Shown: positions 32,473 through 42,922 of the stretch, piece after piece
Position numbering within the stretch: position 1 is the first letter of the stretch
How the letters are laid out: every line of letters begins with the position of its first letter
NCBI GenBank assembly: GCA_965261915.1
Contig: CBDHDW010000013.1
Coordinates: 640,491-704,490 of the forward strand
DNA from: Candidatus Poriferihabitaceae bacterium
GTDB taxonomy: Bacteria; Pseudomonadota; Gammaproteobacteria; Arenicellales; Poriferihabitantaceae
DNA: 64,000 nt
Reading direction: 5' to 3'
Translations under genes and position numbers: made by a program
The notes under the pieces: generated by a model
The model's database searches: none
What the model saw: only the letters and a program-made list of their open reading frames with translations
What the model was told of the DNA's origin: nothing

Positions 32473-33564
32473 CTAATCTTTTTGATCGTTTATTTCAGCC
32501 AGCAGGTTTGCCTGATGTTCGGAAATCAAAGGCTCAACAACCTGCCCGAGATCTCCAGACAAAACTTCATCGAGTTTATATAACGTTAAATTAATTCGAT
32601 GATCGGTTACTCGGCCTTGTGGAAAATTATAGGTACGGATTCGTTCCGATCGATCTCCACTACCCACTAGAGATTTTCTGGTGCTAGCCTCAGCTTGCTG
32701 CTGCTCTTGAATCCGGGCTTCCAGCAATCGAGATTTCAGAACCGACATGGCACGCGCCCGATTTTTGTGTTGCGACCGCTCATCCTGACACTCAACTACC
32801 ACCCCTGTGGGTAAGTGGGTAATTCGAATCGCCGAGTCCGTTTTATTTACATGCTGCCCTCCCGCTCCCGATGCGCGAAAGGTATCCACCCTGAGATCTG
32901 ACGGATTGATATCGATTTCATCCATTTCATCCGCCTCCGGCATAACCGCCACCGTACAGGCTGAAGTATGTATACGGCCTTGGGATTCTGTTTCTGGAAC
33001 CCGCTGAACACGATGTGCACCAGATTCAAATTTCAGTTTCGAATACGCACCCACACCTTCAATTCGGCTAATAATTTCCTTATAACCGCCGTGCTCACCT
33101 TCGCTCATACTCATTACCTCAACCCGCCAGCGCTTTGATTCAGCGAAGGTATTGTACATTTTGAACAAATCACCCGAAAATAATGCAGCTTCATCACCAC
33201 CGGTTCCGGCGCGGATTTCGAGGAAAATATTTCTCGAATCATTGGGATCTTTCGGTATCAATAATTGCTGAATGGTTGCTTCGCATTCCAGCAAGCTCGA
33301 CTCTATTTCCGGCAGCTCTTCCCTGGCCATTTCCCTAATCGATGTATCCGAGTCTGCCATCATCAATCGAGTCTCTGTGACTTCTTCAGTGAATTTTTCG
33401 TATTCGGTGAAAGATGCCACTATTGGCAGTATTTCCGACAACTCAATGGACATTTTTCGAAACTGATTTTGATCAGAAATGATTTCCGGATCGGACAACA
33501 GTACATTTAACTCTTCATGACGATCCACAACCTGTTGGAGTTTTTCTCGAGTTGATGGGTTCAT
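32473..33564 (-). CDS. prfA: peptide chain release factor 1
   Basis: PET tripeptide ([10 protein letters not shown]) and GGQ motif ([14 protein letters not shown]). The start is probably Met6 of the listed ORF (MNPSTREKL). Confidence 0.95.
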   Translation of the reverse strand: MNPSTREKLQQVVDRHEELNVLLSDPEIISDQNQFRKMSIELSEILPIVASFTEYEKFTEEVTETRLMMADSDTSIREMAREELPEIESSLLECEATIQQLLIPKDPNDSRNIFLEIRAGTGGDEAALFSGDLFKMYNTFAESKRWRVEVMSMSEGEHGGYKEIISRIEGVGAYSKLKFESGAHRVQRVPETESQGRIHTSACTVAVMPEADEMDEIDINPSDLRVDTFRASGAGGQHVNKTDSAIRITHLPTGVVVECQDERSQHKNRARAMSVLKSRLLEARIQEQQQAEASTRKSLVGSGDRSERIRTYNFPQGRVTDHRINLTLYKLDEVLSGDLGQVVEPLISEHQANLLAEINDQKD

Positions 33565-33684
33565 GATGGGTTCATACAATTGTCCCGCAAATCATTACGA
33601 AGAAAAACAGGGAGTAGCCGCAGTGATCTTCAATATCATGTTCTGCAACAGCGGATAGTAATTCAGTCAATCTCTACTTCCTGA

Positions 33685-34932
33685 TTATAGTTTGAACAAC
33701 TTTTTTGCTGCCGAAATAATCGAAGCATTACCTTCAATATCAGCTTGCCGCAATACCTGGCTGGGTTGGTGTGCAACCTTGTTCGTAAGATCATGTGCAA
33801 ATTGTTCCATTATTTTTTGTGGATCACCGCCACTCTCCAGCTTCTTTAACGCCTTATTTAGTTCAGACTGCTTTACTTCGTTGAGACCGTCCCGAAAAGA
33901 TCGTATGACCGGAACAGAATCCAGTGATCTCATCCAGCGCATAAACTTTACCACCTGAAAGTCAATGATATTTTCCGCTTCTTCCGCAGCGCGAACGCGA
34001 AGTTCGCGATTCTCATCAACCAGGGATTTCAAATCATCAACGGTGTACAGATAAGCATCTTTCAGTTGACTGACTTCAGCCTCTACATCTCGGGGAACAG
34101 CCAGATCAAGGATAAAAATAGGCCTGTGCTTACGTTTTTTTAAGGCCGCTTCTATCGCACCTTTGCCAAGAATTGGTAAGGTGCTCGCGGTAGAGCTAAC
34201 GACAATATCCGCGTTGACAAGCTGATCGGGAATTTGTGAGAGGGAAATGGCTTCACTGCCTGTCTCCGTTGCCAAACTCTGTGCTTTCTCAATGGATCGA
34301 TTGGCAATGACGATATGTCCAACGTTATTTTGTTTCAAATGTCTGGCGACTAACTCGATGGTTTCGCCGGCACCAATCAACAACGCTGTTTGTTCAGAAA
34401 GGTGGCTAAATATATTCTTCGCCAGATTGACTCCGACATAGGCTACAGACACCGCATTCTCGCCAATAGTCGTATCAGTCCTAACCTGTTTTGCCACATT
34501 GAACGTATGCTGGAACAATCGATTTAAAACCTTTCCGGTGGCACCAAGATCTGTCGCCGTCTGAAATGCATTTTTCATTTGTCCGAGAATTTGCGGTTCA
34601 CCCAGCACCATTGAATCCAGCCCCGACGCAACACGAAACGCATGTTTTACCGCTTCTTCGTTTGGATATTGATAGATACTGCCCTTAAGCTCGGACCGGG
34701 ATAAACCACTATGATTTGAAAGCCAATCGAGTATATTGTCCTGAGCAGATGACTCCTGCCCACAATAGATTTCCGTTCGATTGCAGGTAGACAGAATGGC
34801 AGCCTCACTGGCACCAGCGGAACGTGTTAAGTCAACCAGCGCATGCGGCATCACATCTGGACCAAACGCCGCCTTCTCTCGAATATCGATGGAGGCCGTT
34901 TGATGATTCAAACCGATGGTGAGCAGATGCAT
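33685..34932 (-). CDS. hemA: glutamyl-tRNA reductase
   Basis: MHLLTIGLNHQTASIDIREK N-terminus, active-site STCNRTEIY and NADPH site GAGE. The start is taken at Met23 of the listed ORF. Confidence 0.93.
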   Translation of the reverse strand: MHLLTIGLNHQTASIDIREKAAFGPDVMPHALVDLTRSAGASEAAILSTCNRTEIYCGQESSAQDNILDWLSNHSGLSRSELKGSIYQYPNEEAVKHAFRVASGLDSMVLGEPQILGQMKNAFQTATDLGATGKVLNRLFQHTFNVAKQVRTDTTIGENAVSVAYVGVNLAKNIFSHLSEQTALLIGAGETIELVARHLKQNNVGHIVIANRSIEKAQSLATETGSEAISLSQIPDQLVNADIVVSSTASTLPILGKGAIEAALKKRKHRPIFILDLAVPRDVEAEVSQLKDAYLYTVDDLKSLVDENRELRVRAAEEAENIIDFQVVKFMRWMRSLDSVPVIRSFRDGLNEVKQSELNKALKKLESGGDPQKIMEQFAHDLTNKVAHQPSQVLRQADIEGNASIISAAKKLFKL

Positions 34933-35128
34933 TGTGTTAACAGAGGTTAGTATATATAGGCCAGAAAGCGCGGGTTCACGCGAAAAGCGAAAATCCATTT
35001 TGCGTAATTCAGGAGTTTATATTGTTCGCGGCCCGATTATAGTTTATTCAGGGAGAAATTCCCTGCACTGATAGCCTAAATATTGGTAGACTTTAGTTCT
35101 TACCAGCTAAATTAATCGGATTTCCCTC

Positions 35129-36985
35129 GTGCTTGAGCCAGCCAAGTCGCTCTGCAAACGCCATCTCCAGCCCACTCGGGGGATTTTTGCTATTGGCGTT
35201 TTGTTGATGATTAGTGGTTGTCAATCAACCACAGAAACGGCTCAACCAGCGGCTGATGTAAAAATTGAAGATCCAATACCAGAAGAAAACACCAAAGTTA
35301 GCGAGATATCAGAATTAACGCCGGATTTAATGTACGATTTACTGGTATCTGCTATCGCCCAACAACGAAATCAAAACAAAGTTGCGGTTGAATCGCTATC
35401 TCGCGCGGCTTACCAGTCCAGGCACCCTCGTATAGTGGCACAAGCTATGCGTCTGGCAATGCAATCCAACAATTTTCAGGAAGCGGTTGATCTCGCCAGG
35501 CTTTTGAATCAAATCGACCCCGAGAACTATCGAGTCACGCTTGCGCTCGCTCGGGCCCAGTTTGAACTGGATAACCAGACAGATGCACTAAGCCTGCTGA
35601 TTGAGCTTGTTGCGGCACAACAACGGGATAATTTACACGTATTTCACGATGTCGCCGCGCTGATCTCCCAACAGTCTTCTAAGAACGGCAATGCGTTTAT
35701 TCTAGCTTCGTATATTCAATTGGCTGACGCTTATGAGAATAATCTCGGGGTAAAAATGACAGGAACGATATTGGCGTTTAGACTTGAAAAACCAACTGAA
35801 TTTCTCGATTTTGCAGAATCAAGCCTGATGCTGTCAGCCGACTGGGAGGCTCCCGCTATTCTCAAACTCACTTACCTGTCAGGGGTTGATACTGATGAAG
35901 CAAAGGCATTTGCTACGGAATACATCGCATCAAACCCTGAACAGGAAAGATTTCGCTTGCAGTACGCAAGAGTACTCATTCAGCTTGATGAACTGGATAC
36001 CGCTCTCAGCGAACTAAACCAAATCACTGAACTCAACCCTGACTCCCGCGATACGCTGTATACCGCAGGAGTCGTTCATCTTGAACTGGAGCAGTATCCC
36101 GAGGCCCAACTCAGTTTTGAGCAATACTTCTCCATCGATGATTCTAACGATCAAGTTCGTATGTATCTTGCAGAACTCGAACGATTGGACAAAAACTACG
36201 ATTCTGCGACACGATATCTCTATGGAATATCATCCGAACAATTCTACGTTGACGCACAAATCCAGATTGCCGAGATTATCGCAGAACGCGGAGAACTCAA
36301 GTCTGCGATAAAACATCTGGAGCAAATTGATGTTTACAGCGAAGAAGAGAATATCCGCATCATTTTGGAGCAAGACTACCTCTATAGAAAGCACGCAACA
36401 CTTAGCGATGCGAAAGAGGCGCTGGATTTCGGACTCGAACGGTTCCCCAACAATACCGAACTGCTCTACAATCGTGGATTATTGGCTACACAAATGGAAC
36501 TGCTTTCACTGCATGAATCTGACATGCGCCGGCTGATTGAAATCGAACCGGAGAACGCGCACGCATATAATGCACTTGGTTATACTCTGGCAGATAAGAC
36601 TGACCGTCTGGATGAAGCCATCGCCTTGATTACCAAGGCGAATGATCTGCTGCCCGACAATCCATTCATTCTTGACAGTATGGGCTGGGTACATTTTCGA
36701 CTCGGCAACAATTCTGAAGCGCTCAAGTTTCTAAAACAGGCGCTCGAAGGCCGACAGGATCCCGAAATCGCTGCTCATCTAGGGGAAGTTCTCTGGATCA
36801 TTGGAAAACCAGAGGAAGCACGGGACATTTGGAACAAGGGGCAGCAGTGGGAACCGGAAAATTCTTTATTGTTAGATACAATTAAACGATTTTCAGATTC
36901 CCAGTCCAGCTACCAGCCTGGAATCGACACTCCAGAATTCTTTATTCCATTTACGTTAGATTCGGTGATAACAATTTGGGCGTAA
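35129..36985 (+). CDS. TPR-repeat lipoprotein
   Basis: Lipobox LMISGC and repeated TPR-like helices. Occupies the conserved position upstream of lolB. Confidence 0.75.
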   Translation: MLEPAKSLCKRHLQPTRGIFAIGVLLMISGCQSTTETAQPAADVKIEDPIPEENTKVSEISELTPDLMYDLLVSAIAQQRNQNKVAVESLSRAAYQSRHPRIVAQAMRLAMQSNNFQEAVDLARLLNQIDPENYRVTLALARAQFELDNQTDALSLLIELVAAQQRDNLHVFHDVAALISQQSSKNGNAFILASYIQLADAYENNLGVKMTGTILAFRLEKPTEFLDFAESSLMLSADWEAPAILKLTYLSGVDTDEAKAFATEYIASNPEQERFRLQYARVLIQLDELDTALSELNQITELNPDSRDTLYTAGVVHLELEQYPEAQLSFEQYFSIDDSNDQVRMYLAELERLDKNYDSATRYLYGISSEQFYVDAQIQIAEIIAERGELKSAIKHLEQIDVYSEEENIRIILEQDYLYRKHATLSDAKEALDFGLERFPNNTELLYNRGLLATQMELLSLHESDMRRLIEIEPENAHAYNALGYTLADKTDRLDEAIALITKANDLLPDNPFILDSMGWVHFRLGNNSEALKFLKQALEGRQDPEIAAHLGEVLWIIGKPEEARDIWNKGQQWEPENSLLLDTIKRFSDSQSSYQPGIDTPEFFIPFTLDSVITIWA

Positions 36986-37644
36986 TTACATTCTTCAGCA
37001 ATATTCGAAGACTCGGTTTCCTGATCATTCCTGCCCTATTCGTTGCCGGCTGCGCGACTACAGCGCCGACCTCGAACCGACTCACTTTGTGGAATATCCA
37101 ACGAGCGCAAAATGAAAATATTTCTGCATGGGACTTGAACGGGAAAATTGGTGTTAAAACTGGTAAAAAAGGCGGCTCGGCAACGCTGAACTGGGACTAT
37201 ACACGGGACAGTCAAGCGATCGAGTTATACGGTCCATTTGGCGGTGGTCGAGTTCATATCAACGTGAATCCGGGATCTGCGCTACTCGAAGATACCAAAG
37301 GGCTCGAGATTCAAGGCCTATCCGCGCAAGATGTGTTATACGAAAGACTGGGCTGGCACGTTCCATTCGCCCAACTGGTGTATTGGTCACGCGGATTACC
37401 CGACGAGGATGCTAGAGAAATTGTAATTGATGATTTTGGCCGGCTACAGAGCCTGAAGCAGGGTATTTGGTTCGTTGAATACCAGGATTATCGCAATATC
37501 AGAAATTATATACTCCCTCGAAAGTTCACCATCAAGTCACTGCCGGGAACCATGGAAGTGTATGATGACGACGGTAACGATCTTGGCGACGATTTTAGTG
37601 TCAAAGTAATCTTAAAGCGCTGGCGGGAAATTGAAGCCGAATAG
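36976..37644 (+). CDS. lolB: outer-membrane lipoprotein insertion protein LolB
   Basis: Lipobox FVAGC, size ~220 aa, position between the TPR gene and ispE. TTG start overlaps the upstream stop. Confidence 0.8.
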   Translation: MGVITFFSNIRRLGFLIIPALFVAGCATTAPTSNRLTLWNIQRAQNENISAWDLNGKIGVKTGKKGGSATLNWDYTRDSQAIELYGPFGGGRVHINVNPGSALLEDTKGLEIQGLSAQDVLYERLGWHVPFAQLVYWSRGLPDEDAREIVIDDFGRLQSLKQGIWFVEYQDYRNIRNYILPRKFTIKSLPGTMEVYDDDGNDLGDDFSVKVILKRWREIEAE

Positions 37645-37654
37645 CTGCAAAAAA

Positions 37655-38470
37655 ATGCAACTCCAGTCAGCGGCGAAAATAAATCTGTTCTTACACGTTA
37701 TTGGACAGCGTAAAGATGGTTACCACAATCTGCAAACCGCATTTCAGTTTCTCAATATCTTCGATACGTTAATATTTGAAAAATCTGCCGGTAATCATAT
37801 CCGTCGAATTGATCAACACGAATTCGAAATACCCGAAGAAGACCTTGTAATCAAAGCAGCCAACCGGTTACTAAAAGAAAACGGTATCTCGGCCATCGGG
37901 CTCGACATTACTTTGCGGAAAGTAATCCCTCCAGGGTCTGGAATGGGTGGCGGAAGCTCAAATGCAGCAACAACGTTGATTGGTCTGAACAGGTTGCTTA
38001 ATCTTGGCAACAGCAAACAACAGCTCTTGAAAATTGCTTCGTCACTGGGCGCAGATGTAGCGGTATTTATTCATGGAAAATCCACCTGGGCGAGTGGTAT
38101 TGGCGATCAATTTCTGGAGTTTACCCCGCCTGAACAATGGCTTTTGATTTGTGTTCCAAACATCAACGTACCGACTGCGGCAATTTTTAACCACCCTGAT
38201 CTCTGTAGAAACCGCCCTTCCATAGACAGGCAGGAATTTCTCAATCATTCAACAAGCAATGATCTTCAGCCAATTACCAGAAAGCTGTTTGCTGAAGTTA
38301 ATGATGCCATGAAAACATTGGAACAATTTGGCGAAACCAGAATGAACGGTAGTGGTTCGTCTATTTTCACCCTATGTGAATCCAGGGCGCATGCAAAGGA
38401 TGTACAGGTACAATTACCCGGTGAGTACAAAACGTGGATAGCAAAAACCCAAAACCGGTTTTCTCCTTAA
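37655..38470 (+). CDS. ispE: 4-diphosphocytidyl-2-C-methyl-D-erythritol kinase
   Basis: AKINLFLHVIGQRKDGYHNL and GHMP kinase motif PPGSGMGGGSSNAA. The ATG at 37655 is preferred over the TTG at 37631. Confidence 0.9.
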   Translation: MQLQSAAKINLFLHVIGQRKDGYHNLQTAFQFLNIFDTLIFEKSAGNHIRRIDQHEFEIPEEDLVIKAANRLLKENGISAIGLDITLRKVIPPGSGMGGGSSNAATTLIGLNRLLNLGNSKQQLLKIASSLGADVAVFIHGKSTWASGIGDQFLEFTPPEQWLLICVPNINVPTAAIFNHPDLCRNRPSIDRQEFLNHSTSNDLQPITRKLFAEVNDAMKTLEQFGETRMNGSGSSIFTLCESRAHAKDVQVQLPGEYKTWIAKTQNRFSP

Positions 38471-38517
38471 GATTACCGGTTGGATTATATGTGCTTTTAA
38501 AATTAGCAACGTGAATA

Positions 38518-38953
38518 CTCCACCGGCTGAAAGCCGGTGGCTTCGGGTTACGGCTAAAAGCCGGATCGGTCCGCCGTTCGGCGGACTCAGGTCACGCTAA
38601 AATCATCGTCTGACTCGGGTGGTTTCTGCCTCTTAATGTAATCCGCCCATGCCGCGTCTGTGACGTTGCCGCTCGATACAACCCAATAGCCGCGACCCAT
38701 AAATGTCTGGCTCCAGTAGCGCTTTTTTAGGCCCCCAAATTCGCTCAATAACTTATGCGAACTTCGACCCTTCAGATATTGCACCGCCGCGATACCGATA
38801 TTTCGTTACCCAAACGATATGATATTTGCAGCCCCAGGCCGTATGGCTGCGACGTTTGTAGATTCCATACCCCCCAGTCTAACCTAAAACCAGAGCGATC
38901 CCATGCCGCCTAAAGGCGTGGGATTTACTGATCCCTTATCAGGGACTTTAAAA
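38518..38953 (-). mobile_element. IS200/IS605-family element relic with subterminal hairpins
   Basis: Hairpins at 38520-38540 (CCACCGGCT/AGCCGGTGG), 38569-38586 (GTCCGCC/GGCGGAC) and 38899-38923 (TCCCATGCC/GGCGTGGGA) flank a decayed Y1 transposase gene. Confidence 0.6.
38587..38872 (-). pseudogene. IS200-type Y1 (HUH) transposase tnpA, internally deleted and frameshifted
   Basis: The N-terminal piece reads ..YKRRSHTAWGCKYHIVWVTKYRYR (HUH = HIV). It joins near 38785, in a different frame, to the C-terminal piece QYLKGRSSHKLLSEFGGLKKRYW...GYWVVSSG. My rough estimate is that ~65 codons are missing from the middle. The N-terminal ATG is also out of frame. Confidence 0.7.
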
Positions 38954-39989
38954 TACCTAATTACCACTATAGATAAGTCGCTCTACCCCGTATATAATAA
39001 CAGTCTATCTATTTAATTCATAAGGGGTATGTCATGGCGCGTAATAAGGTGCAATTCCAGAAAGGGGTTAGTTTGAACGATTTTATCAAACAGTACGGTA
39101 CCGAAGACCAATGCTTCGATGCACTTTATGCTTGGCGGTGGCCCAAAGGGTTCCAGTGTCCGGCCTGTGGTCACGACAAGTGCTGCCAGCTGACCATCCG
39201 TAAACTTCAGCAGTGCAATCGCTGCAATCGCCAGACATCACTGACGGCTGGAACCATCTTTGAATCCACCAAACTACCGCTCACGCTATGGTTCCAGGGT
39301 ATCTATCTGATTACACAGGACAAGAAAGGCATCTCGGCCATGAAACTGCATCGTCACCTGGGTATTTCCTACAATGCCGCCTGGCGAATGAAGCACAAGC
39401 TTATGCAGGTGATGATGGAGCGAGATCACAATAACAAACTATCCGGGTTGATTGAATTGGATGATGCTTACTTGGGCGGCGAGCGTAGCGGGTGCAAGCC
39501 GGGACGTGGTGCTGCCGGTAAGACGCCTTTTGTGGCGGCGGTGGAGACCACCGCCGATCATTGCCCTGTTCGGGTTAAGTTGTCGGTCGTAAAGGGTTTC
39601 CGCACAGAAGCGATTAAGTCATGGAGTCAGCAACATCTGACCGAGGGCAGTACCGTTATCTCCGATGGTTTAGCGTGCTTTAATGCCGTTGTCGAGGCAG
39701 GTTGCTTGCATGACAAGATGGTGTGCGGCGGTGGCAGAGCGTCTGTCGAAAAACCTGAGTTCTATTGGGTCAATACGATTCTGGGTAACTTAAAGAGTTC
39801 ATTACGCAGTACCTATCATGCTATTCGACCTAAATATGCTCAGCGATACTTGTCGGAATTTCAGTATCGTTTCAATCGTCGTTTTGATTTGAACGACCTC
39901 ATTCCCAGGCTTGCTTGCGCGGCACTCAGAACGCCACCGATGCCGGAAAACTTGCTGAAGATAGGCTTGGGTTAGATGGTAATTAGGTA
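38954..39989 (+). mobile_element. IS1595-family insertion sequence (about 1.03 kb), apparently intact
   Basis: Terminal inverted repeats TACCTAATTACCA (38954-38966) and TGGTAATTAGGTA (39977-39989) enclose one transposase ORF. The 8-nt flanks differ (TTAAAATA vs TAAGATTA), so there is no TSD. Confidence 0.8.
39034..39975 (+). CDS. IS1595-family transposase (N-terminal zinc ribbon plus ISXO2-like DDE domain)
   Basis: 313 aa. CPACGH...CNRCNRQ zinc ribbon followed by a DDE region (ELDDAYLGG.., ..VISDGLACF..). Confidence 0.9.
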   Translation: MARNKVQFQKGVSLNDFIKQYGTEDQCFDALYAWRWPKGFQCPACGHDKCCQLTIRKLQQCNRCNRQTSLTAGTIFESTKLPLTLWFQGIYLITQDKKGISAMKLHRHLGISYNAAWRMKHKLMQVMMERDHNNKLSGLIELDDAYLGGERSGCKPGRGAAGKTPFVAAVETTADHCPVRVKLSVVKGFRTEAIKSWSQQHLTEGSTVISDGLACFNAVVEAGCLHDKMVCGGGRASVEKPEFYWVNTILGNLKSSLRSTYHAIRPKYAQRYLSEFQYRFNRRFDLNDLIPRLACAALRTPPMPENLLKIGLG

Positions 39990-41450
39990 AGATTATGATT
40001 TTTTCAAACGCACCCAAAGGTTATGTTTCCGTTGAGGCTTATGAAGAGCTGAAGCAGAAGAATGCACAAACGATAGCCCTGCTTGTGGCTCGCATTGAAG
40101 ACCTTGAGCGTCGCCTCAGCTTGAACAGCAGCAACAGTAGCAAACCGCCTTCAAGCGACGGCCTACAGAAGCCCAAGGCTGAACCCAGAACCAAAAGTCT
40201 GCGGAGAAAATCCGGTAAAAAGTCAGGCGGGCAGAAAGGCCACAAGGGAAGCACCCTGTGCCAAACGGCAGATCCCGATCATGTTGAAGATCACTTTCCT
40301 TCTGTCTGCGGGCAATGTGGCACACCGCTGTCGCCATCAATGGCAGAGGATTACGCCGCACGACAGGTGTTTGACCTGCCCGAGCCACAACCCCTGGTGA
40401 CAACGGAACACAGGGCACATGTCTGCCTTTGCGGCCACTGTGGGGAAACAACCAGGGCGGCGTTTCCTCTGGAAGTAAAGGCACCCGTGCAGTACGGGCC
40501 ACGCATCGCCGGAGTGGCAACATATCTCCAATGCGCCCATTTCCTGCCGGAAGACAGACTGGCGCAAATAATGGCCGATTTGTTCAATGCCCCTTTGGTT
40601 CCTGCCACTGTGGCCGCCATGAACCGCAAAGCATCAGAGCGGCTCAAGGGGGTTGCTTCTCCCCTGCAGGATGTGATCGCCCAACAGGTCCACGTCAAAC
40701 ATCTTGACGAGACGGGTTTCCGGATTACGGGGTGCCTGCAATGGCTTCACGTTGCCTGTACACCGCTTCTGGCTTTCTACCGGGTCAGCAGCAAACGCGG
40801 TAATCTGTTATCCAATCTCACGGGCTGTATCGTGCATGATCATTGGCAGCCCTACTTCACGCTGGATGGTGTTACCCATGCGTTGTGCAATGCACACCAT
40901 TTACGGGAACTGCAAGCGTTGGTCGAAATCGAACAGGAAGATTGGGCTGGTCAGATGCAAAGGCTACTGCGGCGTGCGCACCATGTCACACAGGCCGCGC
41001 GGGATAAGGGCGTGGCGGTTTCAACACCGCTTGTTGCGCTTATCAATCGGCGATACGACAGGATCATCACCGCTGCATTGGGTTTCCATGAGGAATTGCC
41101 TCCACTCGTGCCGCCAAAACCCGGAAGACGGGGGCGCAAGAAGCGACGGACAGGACATAATCTGGCTTTACGATTGCGCGATCACAAGGAAGGCACCCTG
41201 CGCTTTCTGACAGATCCCGACGTGCCATTCACAAACAACGAAGCTGAACGCGACCTGCGGATGATGAAGTTACGCCAGAAAATATCGGGAGGGTTCAGGT
41301 CTGAACAAGGGGCAGAGGATTTTGCCACCCTGCGCAGCGTCATCACAACGGCCAGAAAACAAGGATGGAACATCATCGAAACACTGATGATGCCTGCCGA
41401 TCAGATTATTGCAAAACTGAAATACGCTTAAAAACAACCTGGGCAGTTAC
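39988..41450 (+). mobile_element. IS66-family element, single-ORF type, copy 1; 5' terminal ~60 bp missing
   Basis: Right end ACCTGGGCAGTTAC at 41437-41450 matches copy 2. On the left, similarity to copy 2 begins at TAAGATTATGATTTTT, directly against the IS1595 end. The GTAACTGCCCAGGT left IR is absent. Confidence 0.85.
39995..41431 (+). CDS. IS66-family transposase (copy 1)
   Basis: 478 aa with an N-terminal leucine-zipper-like helix, zinc-finger motifs CGQCG...CLCGHCG and a DDE region. 9 aa differences from copy 2. Confidence 0.9.
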   Translation: MIFSNAPKGYVSVEAYEELKQKNAQTIALLVARIEDLERRLSLNSSNSSKPPSSDGLQKPKAEPRTKSLRRKSGKKSGGQKGHKGSTLCQTADPDHVEDHFPSVCGQCGTPLSPSMAEDYAARQVFDLPEPQPLVTTEHRAHVCLCGHCGETTRAAFPLEVKAPVQYGPRIAGVATYLQCAHFLPEDRLAQIMADLFNAPLVPATVAAMNRKASERLKGVASPLQDVIAQQVHVKHLDETGFRITGCLQWLHVACTPLLAFYRVSSKRGNLLSNLTGCIVHDHWQPYFTLDGVTHALCNAHHLRELQALVEIEQEDWAGQMQRLLRRAHHVTQAARDKGVAVSTPLVALINRRYDRIITAALGFHEELPPLVPPKPGRRGRKKRRTGHNLALRLRDHKEGTLRFLTDPDVPFTNNEAERDLRMMKLRQKISGGFRSEQGAEDFATLRSVITTARKQGWNIIETLMMPADQIIAKLKYA

Positions 41451-41470
41451 GAGAAATTTACATAAACTTA

Positions 41471-41499
41471 TTGACAGGGCGCCGTTAACTGAAGAGAAT
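41471..41499 (+). promoter_or_regulatory. candidate sigma-70 promoter for the FGase-TRAP operon
   Basis: TTGACA (41471-41476), 17-nt spacer, GAGAAT (41494-41499), 30 nt before the first ORF. Sequence pattern only. Confidence 0.35.
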
Positions 41500-41528
41500 T
41501 TCACAAATCCATATATTAGGGAATCATT

Positions 41529-42326
41529 TTGTCGTGCGCTGCCACTTCCGATCTCAAGTCGCATAAACCTGAGAGCCCTGCCCTCGTGGTAAACGGGCAG
41601 GGCCGGTCAAAGGTGATGTTGGTGTGTGAACATGCCAGCAATCATATTCCTGCACGTTATGCGGGTCTTGGTATGATAGATTCCGCAAAGATATCGCATG
41701 CAGCCTGGGATCCGGGGGCACAGGCGGTTTCGGAACGCTTAAGTACCTTACTTGATGCACCACTTGTGATCAGTACCGTTTCCCGTCTGGTTTACGATTG
41801 CAACAGGCCACCAACGTCCACCGGGGCAATACGTGCGGTCAGTGAACAAATTGTTGTTCCGGGGAACGCATCTTTAACGACAATCGAACAAATAGAACGG
41901 GTTGAAACGGTTTACCAACCGTTTACGCAAATTGTGTCAGATACGATTTCGTCTTTCGAAACCAAACCCATACTGGTCACAATTCACAGTTTTACCCAAA
42001 CCCATAATGATCAGACGCGCGAAGTGGACATCGGTATCATCCACGATGCGGATGCGCATTTAGCCAAGGCAATGATTGAATTGTCGAATGCGGAAATGGA
42101 CCTGAAATTCGCATTGAACGAACCATATTCAAAAGCTGATGAAGTTGCCCATACACTGGAATTGCACGGCACAAAAAACAGCCTGATCAATGTGATGATC
42201 GAGGTGTGTAATGATCGGATTGAAACTGCGGAACAGCAAGATGCGATTGCGCAGATGTTGGCTGATCTACTGTCGGCAAGCCTGGCCAAGCTGAACGAAG
42301 ACATCTCAACAAAAGGTGCCATATGA
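41529..42326 (+). CDS. N-formylglutamate amidohydrolase (FGase, PF05013-like) family hydrolase
   Basis: 265 aa. ..VMLVCEHASNHIP.., ..YDCNR.. and ..TIHSF.. are the metal/substrate motifs I associate with the FGase family. TTG start is uncertain. The stop overlaps the next start (ATGA). Confidence 0.75.
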   Translation: MSCAATSDLKSHKPESPALVVNGQGRSKVMLVCEHASNHIPARYAGLGMIDSAKISHAAWDPGAQAVSERLSTLLDAPLVISTVSRLVYDCNRPPTSTGAIRAVSEQIVVPGNASLTTIEQIERVETVYQPFTQIVSDTISSFETKPILVTIHSFTQTHNDQTREVDIGIIHDADAHLAKAMIELSNAEMDLKFALNEPYSKADEVAHTLELHGTKNSLINVMIEVCNDRIETAEQQDAIAQMLADLLSASLAKLNEDISTKGAI

Positions 42327-42922
42327 TTGGGTTTGCCGGAAAATATGTGCGCGTCGTCGATGCTGTAAACCGCCGTATCGGCCGTATTATGATGTATGGC
42401 ATCTTTGTCATGGTCGCGATTTTGCTATGGTCATCGATCTCGAAAACCTTCTTTTTGCCATCGCGCTGGACGCTGGAAGTCGCGCAGTTTGCCATGGTGA
42501 CCTATTACATCCTTGGCGGTCCGTATTCGCTTCAACTTGGGGCCAATGTGCGGATGGATTTGTTTTACGGCGAATGGACTGATCGGCGCAAAGCCCAGGT
42601 CGATGCGATCACCGTGTTCTTTTTGATGACATATCTGGGCGTATTGCTTTACGGCGCGTTTGATTCAACGGCTTATTCATTGGGCAAGCCCTATAACATG
42701 GAAAGCTTCACGTTCTTCAAAAACCTGTTCATCGGTTTTTTCACCGGCGGATTTGAAGGCGCACAAGAGGTGATCGGACGCCTTGAACGCAGTGCAACCG
42801 CATGGCGCCCATACCTGTGGCCGATCAAGGTTACGATGATTGTCGGGATAATATTGATGTTGCTACAAGCCATTTCAGAACTGATCAAAGACATCGCTAA
42901 AATTAAAGGGGTGACACTGTAA
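42323..42922 (+). CDS. TRAP transporter small permease (DctQ-like)
   Basis: 199 aa with four hydrophobic segments. Overlaps the flanking genes at both ends. Confidence 0.85.
   Translation: MIGFAGKYVRVVDAVNRRIGRIMMYGIFVMVAILLWSSISKTFFLPSRWTLEVAQFAMVTYYILGGPYSLQLGANVRMDLFYGEWTDRRKAQVDAITVFFLMTYLGVLLYGAFDSTAYSLGKPYNMESFTFFKNLFIGFFTGGFEGAQEVIGRLERSATAWRPYLWPIKVTMIVGIILMLLQAISELIKDIAKIKGVTL

Noticed and set aside
40039-41376. Many 60-168-aa ORFs in other frames of both IS66 copies (mirrored at 47498-48669)
   Set aside because: These are typical open frames of GC-rich DNA. They recur only because the DNA itself is duplicated. Their translations are Arg/Gly/Cys-rich with no motifs.
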